Assembly: GCA_963794945.1 (NCBI GenBank)
Contig: CAWCFT010000019.1
Location: 2,052-66,051 of the forward strand
Origin: Endomicrobiales bacterium
Lineage (GTDB): Bacteria > Elusimicrobiota > Endomicrobiia > Endomicrobiales > CAWCFT01
DNA length: 64,000 bases
Direction of reading: 5' to 3'
A model generated the notes under the pieces. It was given only the letters and a program-made list of their open reading frames with translations. It searched no databases and was not told the origin of the DNA. Of this stretch, positions 1 through 10,054 are shown piece after piece. Each line of letters starts with the position of its first letter. Position 1 is the first letter of the stretch. A program made the position numbers and the translations under genes.

Positions 1-863
1 CCACTGTTTTTCCTTCATGTACGCCCGGATGCCGAAATCCAGGTCTTCAGTCAGGGACTTAAGGTTGAAGCCTTCCAGTTTGTACAGAAGTTGTTTGTCC
101 ACAAAAAAATTTGTTCCGCCTATGAACGGCAGATGCTTGAGAAGTATTGGCAGGAACCATTCGTGCGTTATGCCCTGAAATATAGCATAAATCTTATTTA
201 TAGCGCTTATACGGAAGTAATTGCGCACCTGGATCACAGATCCCTGCAGCAGTATGCACTTATCCGGCTCAGTTATATACTTGTTCGCCACGTAAAGCAG
301 TGTACCTTTCTCGGGATGGCTGTCCGCATCATAAAAGCCGACAATATCCGTATCGGGCTCAATGGAGCGCATGGCCCAGTTAAGCGCGCGCGGCTTCGTG
401 GATGGAACGCTATGATCGGTCAAAGAACCCGGATAGCACCCGTCAAAATTCGGTGGCACGCTGACGTAATCTACCAGTTCGGTGTTGTGTAGCTTGTTGA
501 GGAAACTCTTCCGCTCTTCCACGCGATGATGGGTAATATCTCCGGGTTCATTCTCTTCAAGTTCCTTGCCGTCAAGTGCAAAGAGTATTTTTATCCTGTC
601 TTTCGGATAATCAAAGGTGATCATCTTATTGATAGTAGCGGCGATTATGCTCGATTCGTTCTTCGCAGCAATAACTATGGTAAATTTCGGAAGTTCCTTA
701 CCGCGCGCTTTCGCGTTAGCTTCAACGTCGCCGACCCTCAAGGCGGTGTTCCTCTTTTTTCTCCAGTGAAACACGTATGAAAGAATGGCGTACGTTAGCG
801 TTTGGAAAAAAACGCCGCGACAATAACGTTCATCGCAACTATTGAAAAAATGAAATACTTCAT
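1..863 (-). CDS. Membrane-anchored GT2 glycosyltransferase (cellulose-synthase-like), truncated by window edge, frameshift in A7 run at 806-812
   Basis: Manual translation (absent from ORF track): MKYFIFSIVAMNVIVAAF, then after one extra T ...LPKFTIVIAAKNES...FDYPKDRI...KPRALNWA...GFYDADSHP...GGTNFF...LTEDLDFGIR. These are the GT2 D, DxD and TED motifs. Confidence 0.8.
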
Positions 864-1139
864 AAGATCGTGTTACCTCGCGTATCCGGATCCAGATATG
901 TCTAGCGGCTAGTGCTTACAAACACTGTATCGAATTACATTGAAACTGCCTAGTGAACTTTTGAGAATGAATGGATTCATCGTAAAAGGAGAGTTAGTTG
1001 TCCTGTCCGACTCACATAGCCATTTCAGAAAGAATATAGTTATTTGCTCTGGTTATTATAGCAATTTATGCGCTTGTAAACAAATCAAATACTGGCAAAT
1101 CTTATGTTTAACATCGCAAACCAGAAAATTTTTGTCTGG

Positions 1140-2387
1140 TCATGGTTCACAATGGTCGTGTTCGTGGTCATGTTCGTGCTCGTAATCCGTGCCGGGCCCG
1201 GCCGGCTTTCTTTGGCCTGTTTTCTCAAAGTAAGCGTAAAGCGGCGACATTCCGCGAAGCCTGTCAACTACCTGCGGGAAATTATCAAGCAGGTAGTCCA
1301 CTTCTTCATCCGTACTGTATTTTGACAACGACATCAGGATAGACCCCTGCCCGACAGCCGCGTCCACTCCTATGGCTGTAAGCACGTGGGACATTTTCAG
1401 CGCCTTGGAAGCGCAGGCAGAACCACTGGACACGTATATGCCTTTGGCGTCGAGAAGCATGAACATGCCCTCGCCTTCCACAAACTCTATTGAATAATTC
1501 ACATTTCCCGGAAGACGGTTTGCCGGATGGCCGTTGAGGTAAATATATTTTATCTTGCCGGGAAGCTCGTTTATTATCCTGTCCCTCAGCCTTGCCATCT
1601 TATTAGCGTTATCCGCCATCTCGCTTAACGCTATCTCGCTGGCTCTGCCAAGCCCTACTATAGCCGGTACGTTCTCAGTGCCAGCCCGCCTTCCATTTTC
1701 CTGTATGCCGCCGTCTATCTGAGGCGTTATCCTGGTACCTTTTTTTATTACCAGCGCCGCCGAACCTTTAGGGCCGTAAAACTGCGAGCCCGACAGCGTC
1801 AAAAGGTCGGCGCCTATCTTCTTCATGTCAACGGGTATCGTTCCGGCCGTCGTCACCGCGTCCATGTGGTACAGCGAACCTTTTTCGTGTACTATAGCGC
1901 CTATCTGTTCAACCGGCTCTATTGTACCGATCTCTGTGTTCGCGTGCTGTATTGAAACCAGAACCGTATCAGGCCTTATCGACTTTTTAAGCTCGTCAAG
2001 CATCACCGTCCCGTTCTTGTCAACCGGAACCTGCGTAACTTCAAAACCTTCCTGGGTGAGGCGCTTAGCGGCGTTGATCACGCTAAAATGCTCTATCGCG
2101 GAAACTACTATATGTTTTCCCTTCTGCCTGTATGCCGAAGCCGCGCCTTTTATCGCAAGATTATTAGACTCGGAACCGCAAGAAGTGAAATACACCTCTT
2201 CATCCAGCGACCCGGCCAGCTTCGCAACTGACGACCTGGCCGCATCTATCGCGTCTTTGGACTTTGCTCCCAGCTGGTACATGCTCTGGGGATTGCCGTA
2301 GTTCTCTTTAAAGAATGGCATCATAGCTTCAAGCACCCGCTCATCGAGCTTCGTATTAGACTGGTTATCCAGATAGACTTCTTTCAT
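1140..2387 (-). CDS. IscS/NifS-family cysteine desulfurase-like protein (PLP Lys replaced by Gln; His-rich C-tail)
   Basis: YLDN, FTSCGSESNN, IEH, RAGTENV and catalytic SSGSAC are present. SGSQFYGPKG replaces SGHKxYGPKG. Tail EHEHDHEHDHCEP. Confidence 0.9.
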   Translation of the reverse strand: MKEVYLDNQSNTKLDERVLEAMMPFFKENYGNPQSMYQLGAKSKDAIDAARSSVAKLAGSLDEEVYFTSCGSESNNLAIKGAASAYRQKGKHIVVSAIEHFSVINAAKRLTQEGFEVTQVPVDKNGTVMLDELKKSIRPDTVLVSIQHANTEIGTIEPVEQIGAIVHEKGSLYHMDAVTTAGTIPVDMKKIGADLLTLSGSQFYGPKGSAALVIKKGTRITPQIDGGIQENGRRAGTENVPAIVGLGRASEIALSEMADNANKMARLRDRIINELPGKIKYIYLNGHPANRLPGNVNYSIEFVEGEGMFMLLDAKGIYVSSGSACASKALKMSHVLTAIGVDAAVGQGSILMSLSKYSTDEEVDYLLDNFPQVVDRLRGMSPLYAYFEKTGQRKPAGPGTDYEHEHDHEHDHCEP

Positions 2388-2388
2388 T

Positions 2389-2814
2389 TTAATCTCTTAT
2401 TTTTTTAAGTATATGCGACACTTTCTCAAGATGTTCTTTTTCATCTTCTCTTATGCCTTTTATTGTAATGATGAAATCCTTGTCTTCACACACTTTCAGC
2501 ATTTCATCATAATACTTCACAGAATTCGCTTCTATCTTCACGTGGTTTTCAAGCACTTCTCTTATAGAATTAGAAGGTTCCAGCGGCTTAAAAACCCATT
2601 CAGCTTTGACGCCAAGCTCGATCATTTTCATTGCTAGTCGGTCGGCATGGCGGAGTTCCATAACGCTAAAATCATTGAATATTCCGCCTATTTTATCACC
2701 TGAAACCATTTTCTTTCTGAAAAGATCGGCCTCTTTAAGATAAAGAAAAACGTCGTTGTACTCATTTTCAAAAGCAATGTTAAGCAGTTTAATAAACTTT
2801 TCTTTGTTACCCAT
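2389..2814 (-). CDS. Ferritin-like di-iron four-helix-bundle protein (bacterioferritin/erythrin-like)
   Basis: E..ExxH..E..ExxH pattern (ENEY, ELRH, IEAN, EKEH); 141 aa. Confidence 0.8.
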   Translation of the reverse strand: MGNKEKFIKLLNIAFENEYNDVFLYLKEADLFRKKMVSGDKIGGIFNDFSVMELRHADRLAMKMIELGVKAEWVFKPLEPSNSIREVLENHVKIEANSVKYYDEMLKVCEDKDFIITIKGIREDEKEHLEKVSHILKKIRD

Positions 2815-2823
2815 TTCGTCCTT

Positions 2824-2985
2824 TTATATTACCTTTTCAAAAACATCTTTACCAGCTCCGCATACCGGACAGACCCAGCCTTCAGGCAGCTGCTCAAAAG
2901 GCGTGCCGGGCTTAACACCTGAATCCTGATCTCCCAGCTTTGGATCATAAACGTATCCGCAAACCGTGCACTTATAATTGTCCAT
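2824..2985 (-). CDS. Rubredoxin (53 aa)
   Basis: Manual translation [53 protein letters not shown]; AGGAGG RBS upstream. Confidence 0.95.
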   Translation of the reverse strand: MDNYKCTVCGYVYDPKLGDQDSGVKPGTPFEQLPEGWVCPVCGAGKDVFEKVI

Positions 2986-3037
2986 TACCTGTTTCCTCCT
3001 TGTTTTTCACGCATTTAGCAAGGTACTTATACATGAA

Positions 3038-3066
3038 ATGATATACATTTGTCCTGTTCTTGTCAA
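3038..3066 (-). promoter_or_regulatory. sigma70-type promoter for rubredoxin/ferritin-like/IscS-like unit
   Basis: TTGACA (3066-3061), 17-bp spacer, TATCAT (3043-3038). Confidence 0.7.
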
Positions 3067-3100
3067 GAGCGGGCAATGGAACACTCAACCCAAAAAATAC

Positions 3101-5440
3101 TTATCCTTCATGGCCAAAGCGTCTAATTGAAATTGAGTTCATCACTACCGACACTGAGCTCAGAGCCATAGCAAGCCCGGCAATCATCGGGTTGAGCATA
3201 AAACCGGTTATATTATAAAGCGCTCCGGCAGCTATCGGGATACCTAGAACGTTGTAAGCGAACGCCCAGAAAAGGTTCTGTCTTATTTTGCCCATTGTGA
3301 GGCGGCTTAGTTCTACGGCCTTTTTAACATCGTTCAGGTTGTTCCTTATAAGAAGTATGCCTGAAGATTCTTGGGCAACGTCTATACCCGATCCGAGGGC
3401 TATCCCAAGGTCAGCGCTCGCCAGGGCGGGAGCGTCATTTATTCCGTCACCTATCATCGCCACCTTAAAACCTTTTATTTTTAGCTCTTTAATAAACGCG
3501 GCCTTACCCGCCGGAAGGACACCGGCAGCGACGTAATCTATACCAGCTTCACGAGCAACCTGTTTAGCCACAGCCTCTTCATCCCCAGTTACCATATAAA
3601 CCTTTATGCCGGCCCCCTCGAGGTATTCTACAACCTCTCGGGCATTGTCTCTAATTGTATCCGATAGGCCAAACAGGCCCACCGCACTGCCGTTCTCGGC
3701 AAGCCAGATCATAGTTCTTGTTCGTTGGCTCAAGCTGTCAGCAAACTTCTCCAGGTCGTTCGGTATTACTACACCATTTTCTACCAGAAGCTTTTTCCTG
3801 CCCGCAATAATATCAGAATTTCCTATATTCGCTTTGAGCCCAGCCCCTTCAAGATAAATAAAATCCGTTATTTCTTGAGCGATCATCCCCTTTGCGGACG
3901 CATACCTGACCAGGGCTTCTGCTAGCGGATGTTTCGAATGGCTCTCAATTGAAATAGCCAGAGTTAGCACCCGCGCCTCGTCCTGCCCTTGGGCAACTGC
4001 AAAATCCGACAGTTCCGGCACGCCCCTGGTTATCGTTCCCGTCTTGTCAAAAACCACGGCATCTATATTTTCGGCGATCTGTATGGCTTCGGCGTTCTTT
4101 ATAAGTATACCGTTGTCTGCGGCAACACCCGTAGCGACCATGACAGCCGTGGGTGTCGCAAGGCCCAGCGCACACGGGCACGCAATTATCAGTACCGATA
4201 TCATAACGGTTAGCGCGAAACCGAACTCGGCCCCGGATAAAAGCCAAACAGCAAAAGCTGTGAGCGCGATGCCGAAGACCGCAGGCACAAAATATGCCGA
4301 TATCTTGTCGGCAAGCTCCTGCACCGGCGACTTTGACCCCTGTGCTTCTTCTACCAGCTTTATTATTTGGGCAAGCACAGTTACGCCGCCGGTCTTTGTG
4401 GTTATGAATTTAAAGCTGCCGCTGGTATTTATAGTTGCCCCAATTACCATCGAACCCTTTTTCTTGTCAACCGGGACGCTCTCCCCGGTTATCATCGATT
4501 CATCTACGCTCGAAAAACCTTCCACTACCTCGCCATCGACCGGGATCTTCTGCCCGGGCCGGACGAACACTGTATCGCCTATAACTACATCTCCGGCCGG
4601 GATCTCTTTTTCTATCCCGTCTCTTATAACAAACGCGGTTTTGGGTTTGAGGTTTGCAAGCCTCCGGATCGCGGCGGAAGTTTTGCCCCTGGCAAGGGCG
4701 TTGAGCCAGTTGCCCAGCAGTATAAAAACTATCAAAACAGCAGCTGTTTCGAAATACAGGTTATCGGGCCCGTAGCCCGGCCTTTTCAAAACAATTGCTG
4801 TAGTTACAATAAGGCTATATAAGTATGCCGACCCGGTCCCGACCAAAACAAGAGTATCCATATTGGCCGATCGAGTCTTGATCAGAGCGAGTATTCCTCT
4901 TTTAAAGAACATCCTGCCCGATACCATCACTGGAGTAACAAGCGTCAATTGCAACACCGCTGAGGCCCAACCGCTAAGCATCGTAAACGGCAGTCCTAGA
5001 TGCGAGCCCATCGAAAAATATACAAGAGGAACCGCAAAGCCAGCAGCAGCGTAAAAGCTTTTTTTTACTGAATCAGTTTCTTTTACCCTGGCTTCCTGTT
5101 CCGCTGACCTCTCACCGTTCTCTTCGACTGGCGCGTAACCTGAGCTTAGTATCTTGTCCTTTATCTGTGCCGCAGGATTCTCCGCATGTTTAACTACCTC
5201 ATAACCGGTTAGCATTATTATGTTCTCAAGGTCGCTGACAGAAGTCCTTGAAGGGTCATATTCGACGAATGCCTTTCCTATCGGGTAGTTTACGCTGGCA
5301 TTAACCACCCCGTTAACGCGTCCGAGGCTCTTTTCTACTGTCAATCCGCAGGAAACGCAGTGCATACCTGAAATGCCGATCACGGCTTTTTTTATCAGTG
5401 TGCTATTACCGTTTACTTCGGTTGTATTTTCGCTATTCAT
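3101..5440 (-). CDS. copA: Cu(I)-translocating P1B-type ATPase
   Basis: HMA GMHCVSC, TGES, CPC, DKTGT, HP, GDGIND, YN and MxxSS motifs. Confidence 0.93.
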   Translation of the reverse strand: MNSENTTEVNGNSTLIKKAVIGISGMHCVSCGLTVEKSLGRVNGVVNASVNYPIGKAFVEYDPSRTSVSDLENIIMLTGYEVVKHAENPAAQIKDKILSSGYAPVEENGERSAEQEARVKETDSVKKSFYAAAGFAVPLVYFSMGSHLGLPFTMLSGWASAVLQLTLVTPVMVSGRMFFKRGILALIKTRSANMDTLVLVGTGSAYLYSLIVTTAIVLKRPGYGPDNLYFETAAVLIVFILLGNWLNALARGKTSAAIRRLANLKPKTAFVIRDGIEKEIPAGDVVIGDTVFVRPGQKIPVDGEVVEGFSSVDESMITGESVPVDKKKGSMVIGATINTSGSFKFITTKTGGVTVLAQIIKLVEEAQGSKSPVQELADKISAYFVPAVFGIALTAFAVWLLSGAEFGFALTVMISVLIIACPCALGLATPTAVMVATGVAADNGILIKNAEAIQIAENIDAVVFDKTGTITRGVPELSDFAVAQGQDEARVLTLAISIESHSKHPLAEALVRYASAKGMIAQEITDFIYLEGAGLKANIGNSDIIAGRKKLLVENGVVIPNDLEKFADSLSQRTRTMIWLAENGSAVGLFGLSDTIRDNAREVVEYLEGAGIKVYMVTGDEEAVAKQVAREAGIDYVAAGVLPAGKAAFIKELKIKGFKVAMIGDGINDAPALASADLGIALGSGIDVAQESSGILLIRNNLNDVKKAVELSRLTMGKIRQNLFWAFAYNVLGIPIAAGALYNITGFMLNPMIAGLAMALSSVSVVMNSISIRRFGHEG

Positions 5441-5480
5441 GTATTCCTTGGTTTAGATGCGCGGCCTGGAAGTGGGTATT

Positions 5481-7011
5481 TTACAGCGGCTCTACTCTTA
5501 TCGCTTTTGTCGGGCTTACCGGGCACTTGAACTCGCATATGGCGCAGCCAACGCAAAGGTAAGGGTCAACACTGGGGAGTTTGATGACTTTTCCATTTTT
5601 GCCCTTTGTTTCAATCACTTTTATGGCTTTATCTGACACCGGGCAGTGTTCTTCGCAGACAATACACTCTGTACCTTTGGCCCATGGAAGGCACAGGCGT
5701 TGGGTCAATCCCGGCCAGACCCATTTTTGTTCCCATCTTCTGCTCTTGTGTAAGGGATTCTATGGCTCCTGTCGGGCAAACACTGCCGCAGAGGTTGCAC
5801 TTGTACTCGCAGTAGCCGATGCTCGTGTCGAACCTCGGCGTCCAGATACCCGACACGCCCGATTCAAATATGGCCGGCTGAAGCACGTTGGTGGGACACA
5901 CTTTCATGCAGTTGCCGCACCTTACGCACCTCTTAACGAATTCTTCTTCCGGGGAGCGCCGCCGTGGCCTGATAACTCTTGTTTTTGACGTACCCGCCCC
6001 CGCCGAACCAGCCGAACCAAAAAGCCGCGAGCCAAAAATGAATGCCATGATACCGGAAACATAAACAAGGAACTGCGCTCTTGTAATGCCCTTTTCATCC
6101 GAATGCTCATACTTGAATCGTCTTTTCCCGCCGAACATGAATTTTGAATAACCGCCTGGGCATATATGCGTGCAGTCCATGCAAAGCACGCATTCTTCTT
6201 TTAAGTAGCTGTTGTCGCTGTTTATAGCGTTCATCCTGCACCGGGACATGCATAACGAACACTGGCCTTTACAGGTTCCGGAAGACCTTTCTAGGAGCGA
6301 GAACCTTGACACCACGGCAAGCAGAGCGCCCAATGGGCAGAGGAACCTGCACCAGAACCTTCTTTTCCAGGCAACTGCCGCCAAAATCAGAATAATAACC
6401 ACAAAAACGGCCGCTGTATGCGGGAACACCGTATTGTTCAAAGGTATGAGGTTATCTTTAAAGAAATAGTAAGCCTTTTCTATAACACCGTGGTTTTCCA
6501 TCCTTTGCAGGACAAAAATGAACGCGTTGTCTATTGCCTTATTCAGAAGCGGAAATATGTTAAACGAGAAGGCGCGGAAGAAGATGGTTATAGGGTCTAA
6601 GGCCCATGCCGCCTGTACACCAAAAATCGCAAGCAGGAAAACAGCGGCGAGCAGGATATATTTAACTACCCTGCTTTTTGACGGCTGGCCTTCTTTGTAT
6701 TTCTTGATTATTATGTTCAGAACAAAGGCCCAAAAGTCCTGCAGGGCCCCCAGCGGGCAGAACCAGCCGCAGAAGGCGCGCCCAAAGACAACAGTCATGA
6801 CAAGCACGAGCAGAGCGTAAAAAAGGCCCGCGAGAAATACCCTCTCGGCGAGCGCGGTCGCGAACATTATGAATGGGTCAAGCTTGAAGTACAGCGAAGG
6901 GTTAAGTGTGTTATTAAGCGGGTATTTCGTGGCCCATATTATAAAAACGAGCCAGGAGAAAAATGCTATTTGGGAAAGTCTTCGTATTAAAATGAATCCA
7001 CGCTGTTTCAT
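5481..7011 (-). CDS. Polytopic membrane polyferredoxin (NapH/MauN-like TM region + NapG/MauM-like 4Fe-4S domain); frameshift near 5705
   Basis: FCGWFCPLG and WCRFLCPLG motifs plus several CxxCxxCxxxCP. ORFs 5629-7011 and 5481-5708 join as ...GLAGID/QRLCLPW if one C is removed. Confidence 0.85.
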
Positions 7012-7016
7012 GGTAG

Positions 7017-7999
7017 TTACGCATTTATGTGTTTTATCTTCGCCTTGGCGATGTTCAACGAACCAACGCCCACTTCCGCGGCTTTCGCTATATGCGAGAT
7101 GTTTGCCGGCTTAATTCCGAATAACGTCGCAGCATAAGCATCGCAAAGGACCGGGTCCACACCGGCTATAACCGTGTTCTTTTCCGCGACATCCTCAAGG
7201 TTGCCGCCGCTGGGACCATGGCGGAGAAGTATCCGGTTGGCGTCTATAACTGTCAGGTCGGGATTAATGAAAAGAGTTAATTCCGGAAGCTTCTTTTCTA
7301 TTCCCCAGTGTATCTGGCCCCTTGACCCGCCGCATATACCCATGAGGTTTTTCATCGAAAGTGTCAGCCTTGCGAGGCTATGGTGCTTCGCAATAGGAAC
7401 ATTGATAAAGCAGTTGCACTTTACCGCGTCTTCAAATATGGGCCAGTCCGCCATATCACTCCCCGCGGTCATTACGGCCGGATAGTATTTCCAATCGGGA
7501 ATGAATATCACCGTCGCACCCGCTTTCTTTGCGGCAGCCTGAATTCCGCTGTTGTCGTAGCATCGTTTGGCGTCGTTGCAAGTGTTGTCAAAGACTTTGA
7601 CCGTTTTGGCGCCGCTTTCAAAACACATCTTTACAAGCTCAGCTACGACTTCCGGATTGGTAGTAGCCGCCTGCTCGGGCGACCTGTCCCACCCGATGTT
7701 GGGTTTGACAACTACGGTGTCGCCGGATTTAACGAATTTTTTCATGCCGCCCAGCGCATCCACCGCTTTCCGGGTTGAGGCTGCCGGGGCTTTGCCTGTT
7801 GAAACGGCAAGGTCAAAATCTGTTTTAATGTTTTTCTTCTTGCGCGGGTCGAGCTTTTTGTCGGCCGCAAGAAGAGCCTTTTTACCGAACTTTCCCGAAG
7901 ACACGAGAAATATCAGCCCTAGCCCGAGGACTTTAAGGAAGGACTTCCTCGAAAAAGAGCCGTAAACAGGTTCTTAAGATAATCTTTTTCAATTTTCAT
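7017..7999 (-). CDS. DUF362-domain Fe-S protein with Tat-like signal peptide; frameshift near 7975
   Basis: VVVKPNIGWDR, TTNPEVV, NVPIAKHH, TLSMKNLMG, DPVLCD motifs. In-frame upstream sequence reads EPVYGSFSRKSFLKVLGLGLIFLVSS. ATG at 7999 with AGGAG RBS. Confidence 0.85.
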
Positions 8000-8757
8000 A
8001 AGAATCTCCTGAAGGGTCTTTTATATATATTTTATAAACCGCGGAAGACACAATTATGCTTACGCCAAAAAGGGCTATCATGGGCGCCACGAAAAGCAGC
8101 ATATTGAACACATCTGTCGTGGGCGTAACAACAGCCGCAATAACGCACAGGCCGAACACAACTTCTCTCCACTTGGCTGTCAGGAACCTCGGGGTTATTA
8201 TGCGCAGCCTTGTTAAAAGAGCCGAAACGACAGGCATCTGGAATATGAACCCGCCGATAACCACGATAGAAAGCGCAAAAGATATGTAGCTGGTAAGTGT
8301 TATCGTCGGCGTTGCGATCTCCCTGGAGATGCCCATTAGGAACTTGTAAGCCGGCGGGAGAAGGAATTCATACGAAAACACTGTGCCGCCCGCAAACAGC
8401 AGGGCCGCAGGTAACGCCCAGGCCCAGACCAGAACACCCGCATCTTTCGGGATCGCCGGTTTTACGTAACGCCAGATATTATATATCACCGCCGGCGCGC
8501 AGAGCACCGCTCCGATATAAAGGGACACTTTAAAATAGATATTAACAACGTCGGTGGGGTTTAGCAAGATGAAGTTAGTCAGTTGGCCCGCGGATATCGC
8601 GGGTATTTCTAGGAGATGGATGAAACCCTTGGCTAAAGAACAATCCAGCAAGTATCCCGGCGACAAGGTACGCAACTATGTAGATTATCCGCTTCCGCAG
8701 CTCCTCAAGGTGCCCGATAACGGAAAGGTTATTTGGGCTCGAGTTTATTGTTTCCAT
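7989..8757 (-). CDS. tatC: Twin-arginine translocase subunit TatC (divergent); frameshift near 8625
   Basis: LSVIGHLEELRKR in ORF 8575-8817 continues into the 6-TM body in ORF 7989-8675 (FQMPV, AAVVTPTTD). Confidence 0.88.
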
Positions 8758-8926
8758 CTGCGGGTTTTTCCCCAGGATTTTTTTCTTCCTCTCCCTGTAA
8801 ACCCTTCTTAAATTCATTAATGGCTTTTCCGAGGGATCTTCCTACTTCCGGAAGCTTCTTTGAACCAAAAAGCACAAGGCCTATCAGCATCAGCAACTAA
8901 ATTTCCTGAAAACCTAATCCTAACAT
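8729..8926 (-). CDS. tatA: Twin-arginine translocase subunit TatA with in-frame TAG at codon 10
   Basis: Manual translation MLGLGFQEI*LLMLIGLVLFGSKKLPEVGRSLGKAINEFKKGLQGEEE... Confidence 0.85.
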
Positions 8927-9064
8927 TTTTTCACCCCTTATGGCCCGCCAAAATATCAGTGGCGGAACCCGATCGCCAGCAGACGAACCTTTTTTATCAC
9001 CAATACTGACAAGAGTATTGGATAAATATTCCTTACCGGCTTACCGTCGTATAGTTATAAAAGC

Positions 9065-9093
9065 ATTATAACACCATTGAAATGGCTTGTCAA
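9065..9093 (-). promoter_or_regulatory. Consensus sigma70 promoter upstream of tatA
   Basis: TTGACA (9093-9088), 17 bp, TATAAT (9070-9065) with extended TGn. Confidence 0.8.
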
Positions 9094-9109
9094 CTGCGAA
9101 GACACCGAA

Positions 9110-10054
9110 CTATTTCAAAATATCGCCTTTATGTATGTGGCTGCCCTGTACGAAGTCCCAGGCTGGCATTTGATTCTTATTTTCCGGGTGGACTTGTTCT
9201 ATAAGCAAGTTCCCTTCCCCGCAATGGACAACGAAACCTTTTTGTTTAACAAGTTCGATAATGGTACCCGCCTCTGCCGCAGCTAAATTACCATGATGAA
9301 TAGAAGCTTTCAATATCTTTAATGTTTTTCCTTTTAAGCCACCGCTTCCTATTGTCGTAAAGCCGCCGGGCCAGTTCTTAAGGCCCCTGATAAGGTTAAA
9401 TATTTCCACGGCCGGTTTATCCCACGAAATTTTGCCGTCCTCTTTCTTTATGCAGTGCGCATAGCTCGGTTCGCCAGTTTGCGGGGCCCCCGAATTCTTG
9501 CCGGACTTCAACAACCCCAGAGTTTCGCGCGCGGATTCTATCCCGAGAGGTATCAGCTTTTGGAAGACAGAGTCCGCATCGTCTTCAGAATTAACAGACA
9601 CGCGTTTTTGAACGAACACTGGGCCAGTATCGAGCGACTTCTCTATCCGGAAAGTAGTGACCCCTGTTTCATTTTCACCTTTTACGATCGCCATCTGAAC
9701 GGGCGCCGCTCCGCGGTATTTTGGAAGAAGGGAAAAGTGAACGTTGAAAGTGCCCAGTACAGGTATATTGAAAACCTCTTCCGGTATCAGCTTGCCGTAG
9801 GAAACGGATATACCAACGTCCGGCTTAAGGTTCCTGAGTTCTTCGATTATCTGCGGCGTGAATTTTTCAGGCTGGAAAACAGGTATATTGTGCGCGAGTG
9901 CTATGACTTTTACCGGCGGCTGATGAAGTTTCTTTCCCCTCTCGGCGGGGCGGTCCGGCTGGGTCACAACGCCTGCTACATCGCAGATCTTCAGGAGGTC
10001 TTCTAGAAACGGGGAGGCTATCTCCGGTGTCCCGAAAAAAAGTATCCTCACCAA
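9110..10054 (-). CDS. fmt: Methionyl-tRNA formyltransferase
   Basis: FFGTP, VVTQPDRP, NVHFSLLPKYRGAAP. Confidence 0.96.
   Translation of the reverse strand: MVRILFFGTPEIASPFLEDLLKICDVAGVVTQPDRPAERGKKLHQPPVKVIALAHNIPVFQPEKFTPQIIEELRNLKPDVGISVSYGKLIPEEVFNIPVLGTFNVHFSLLPKYRGAAPVQMAIVKGENETGVTTFRIEKSLDTGPVFVQKRVSVNSEDDADSVFQKLIPLGIESARETLGLLKSGKNSGAPQTGEPSYAHCIKKEDGKISWDKPAVEIFNLIRGLKNWPGGFTTIGSGGLKGKTLKILKASIHHGNLAAAEAGTIIELVKQKGFVVHCGEGNLLIEQVHPENKNQMPAWDFVQGSHIHKGDILK

Noticed and set aside
864-1060. Long leader upstream of the GT2 gene as a riboswitch
   Set aside because: No convincing stems or known riboswitch consensus seen by eye; an Rfam scan would be needed.
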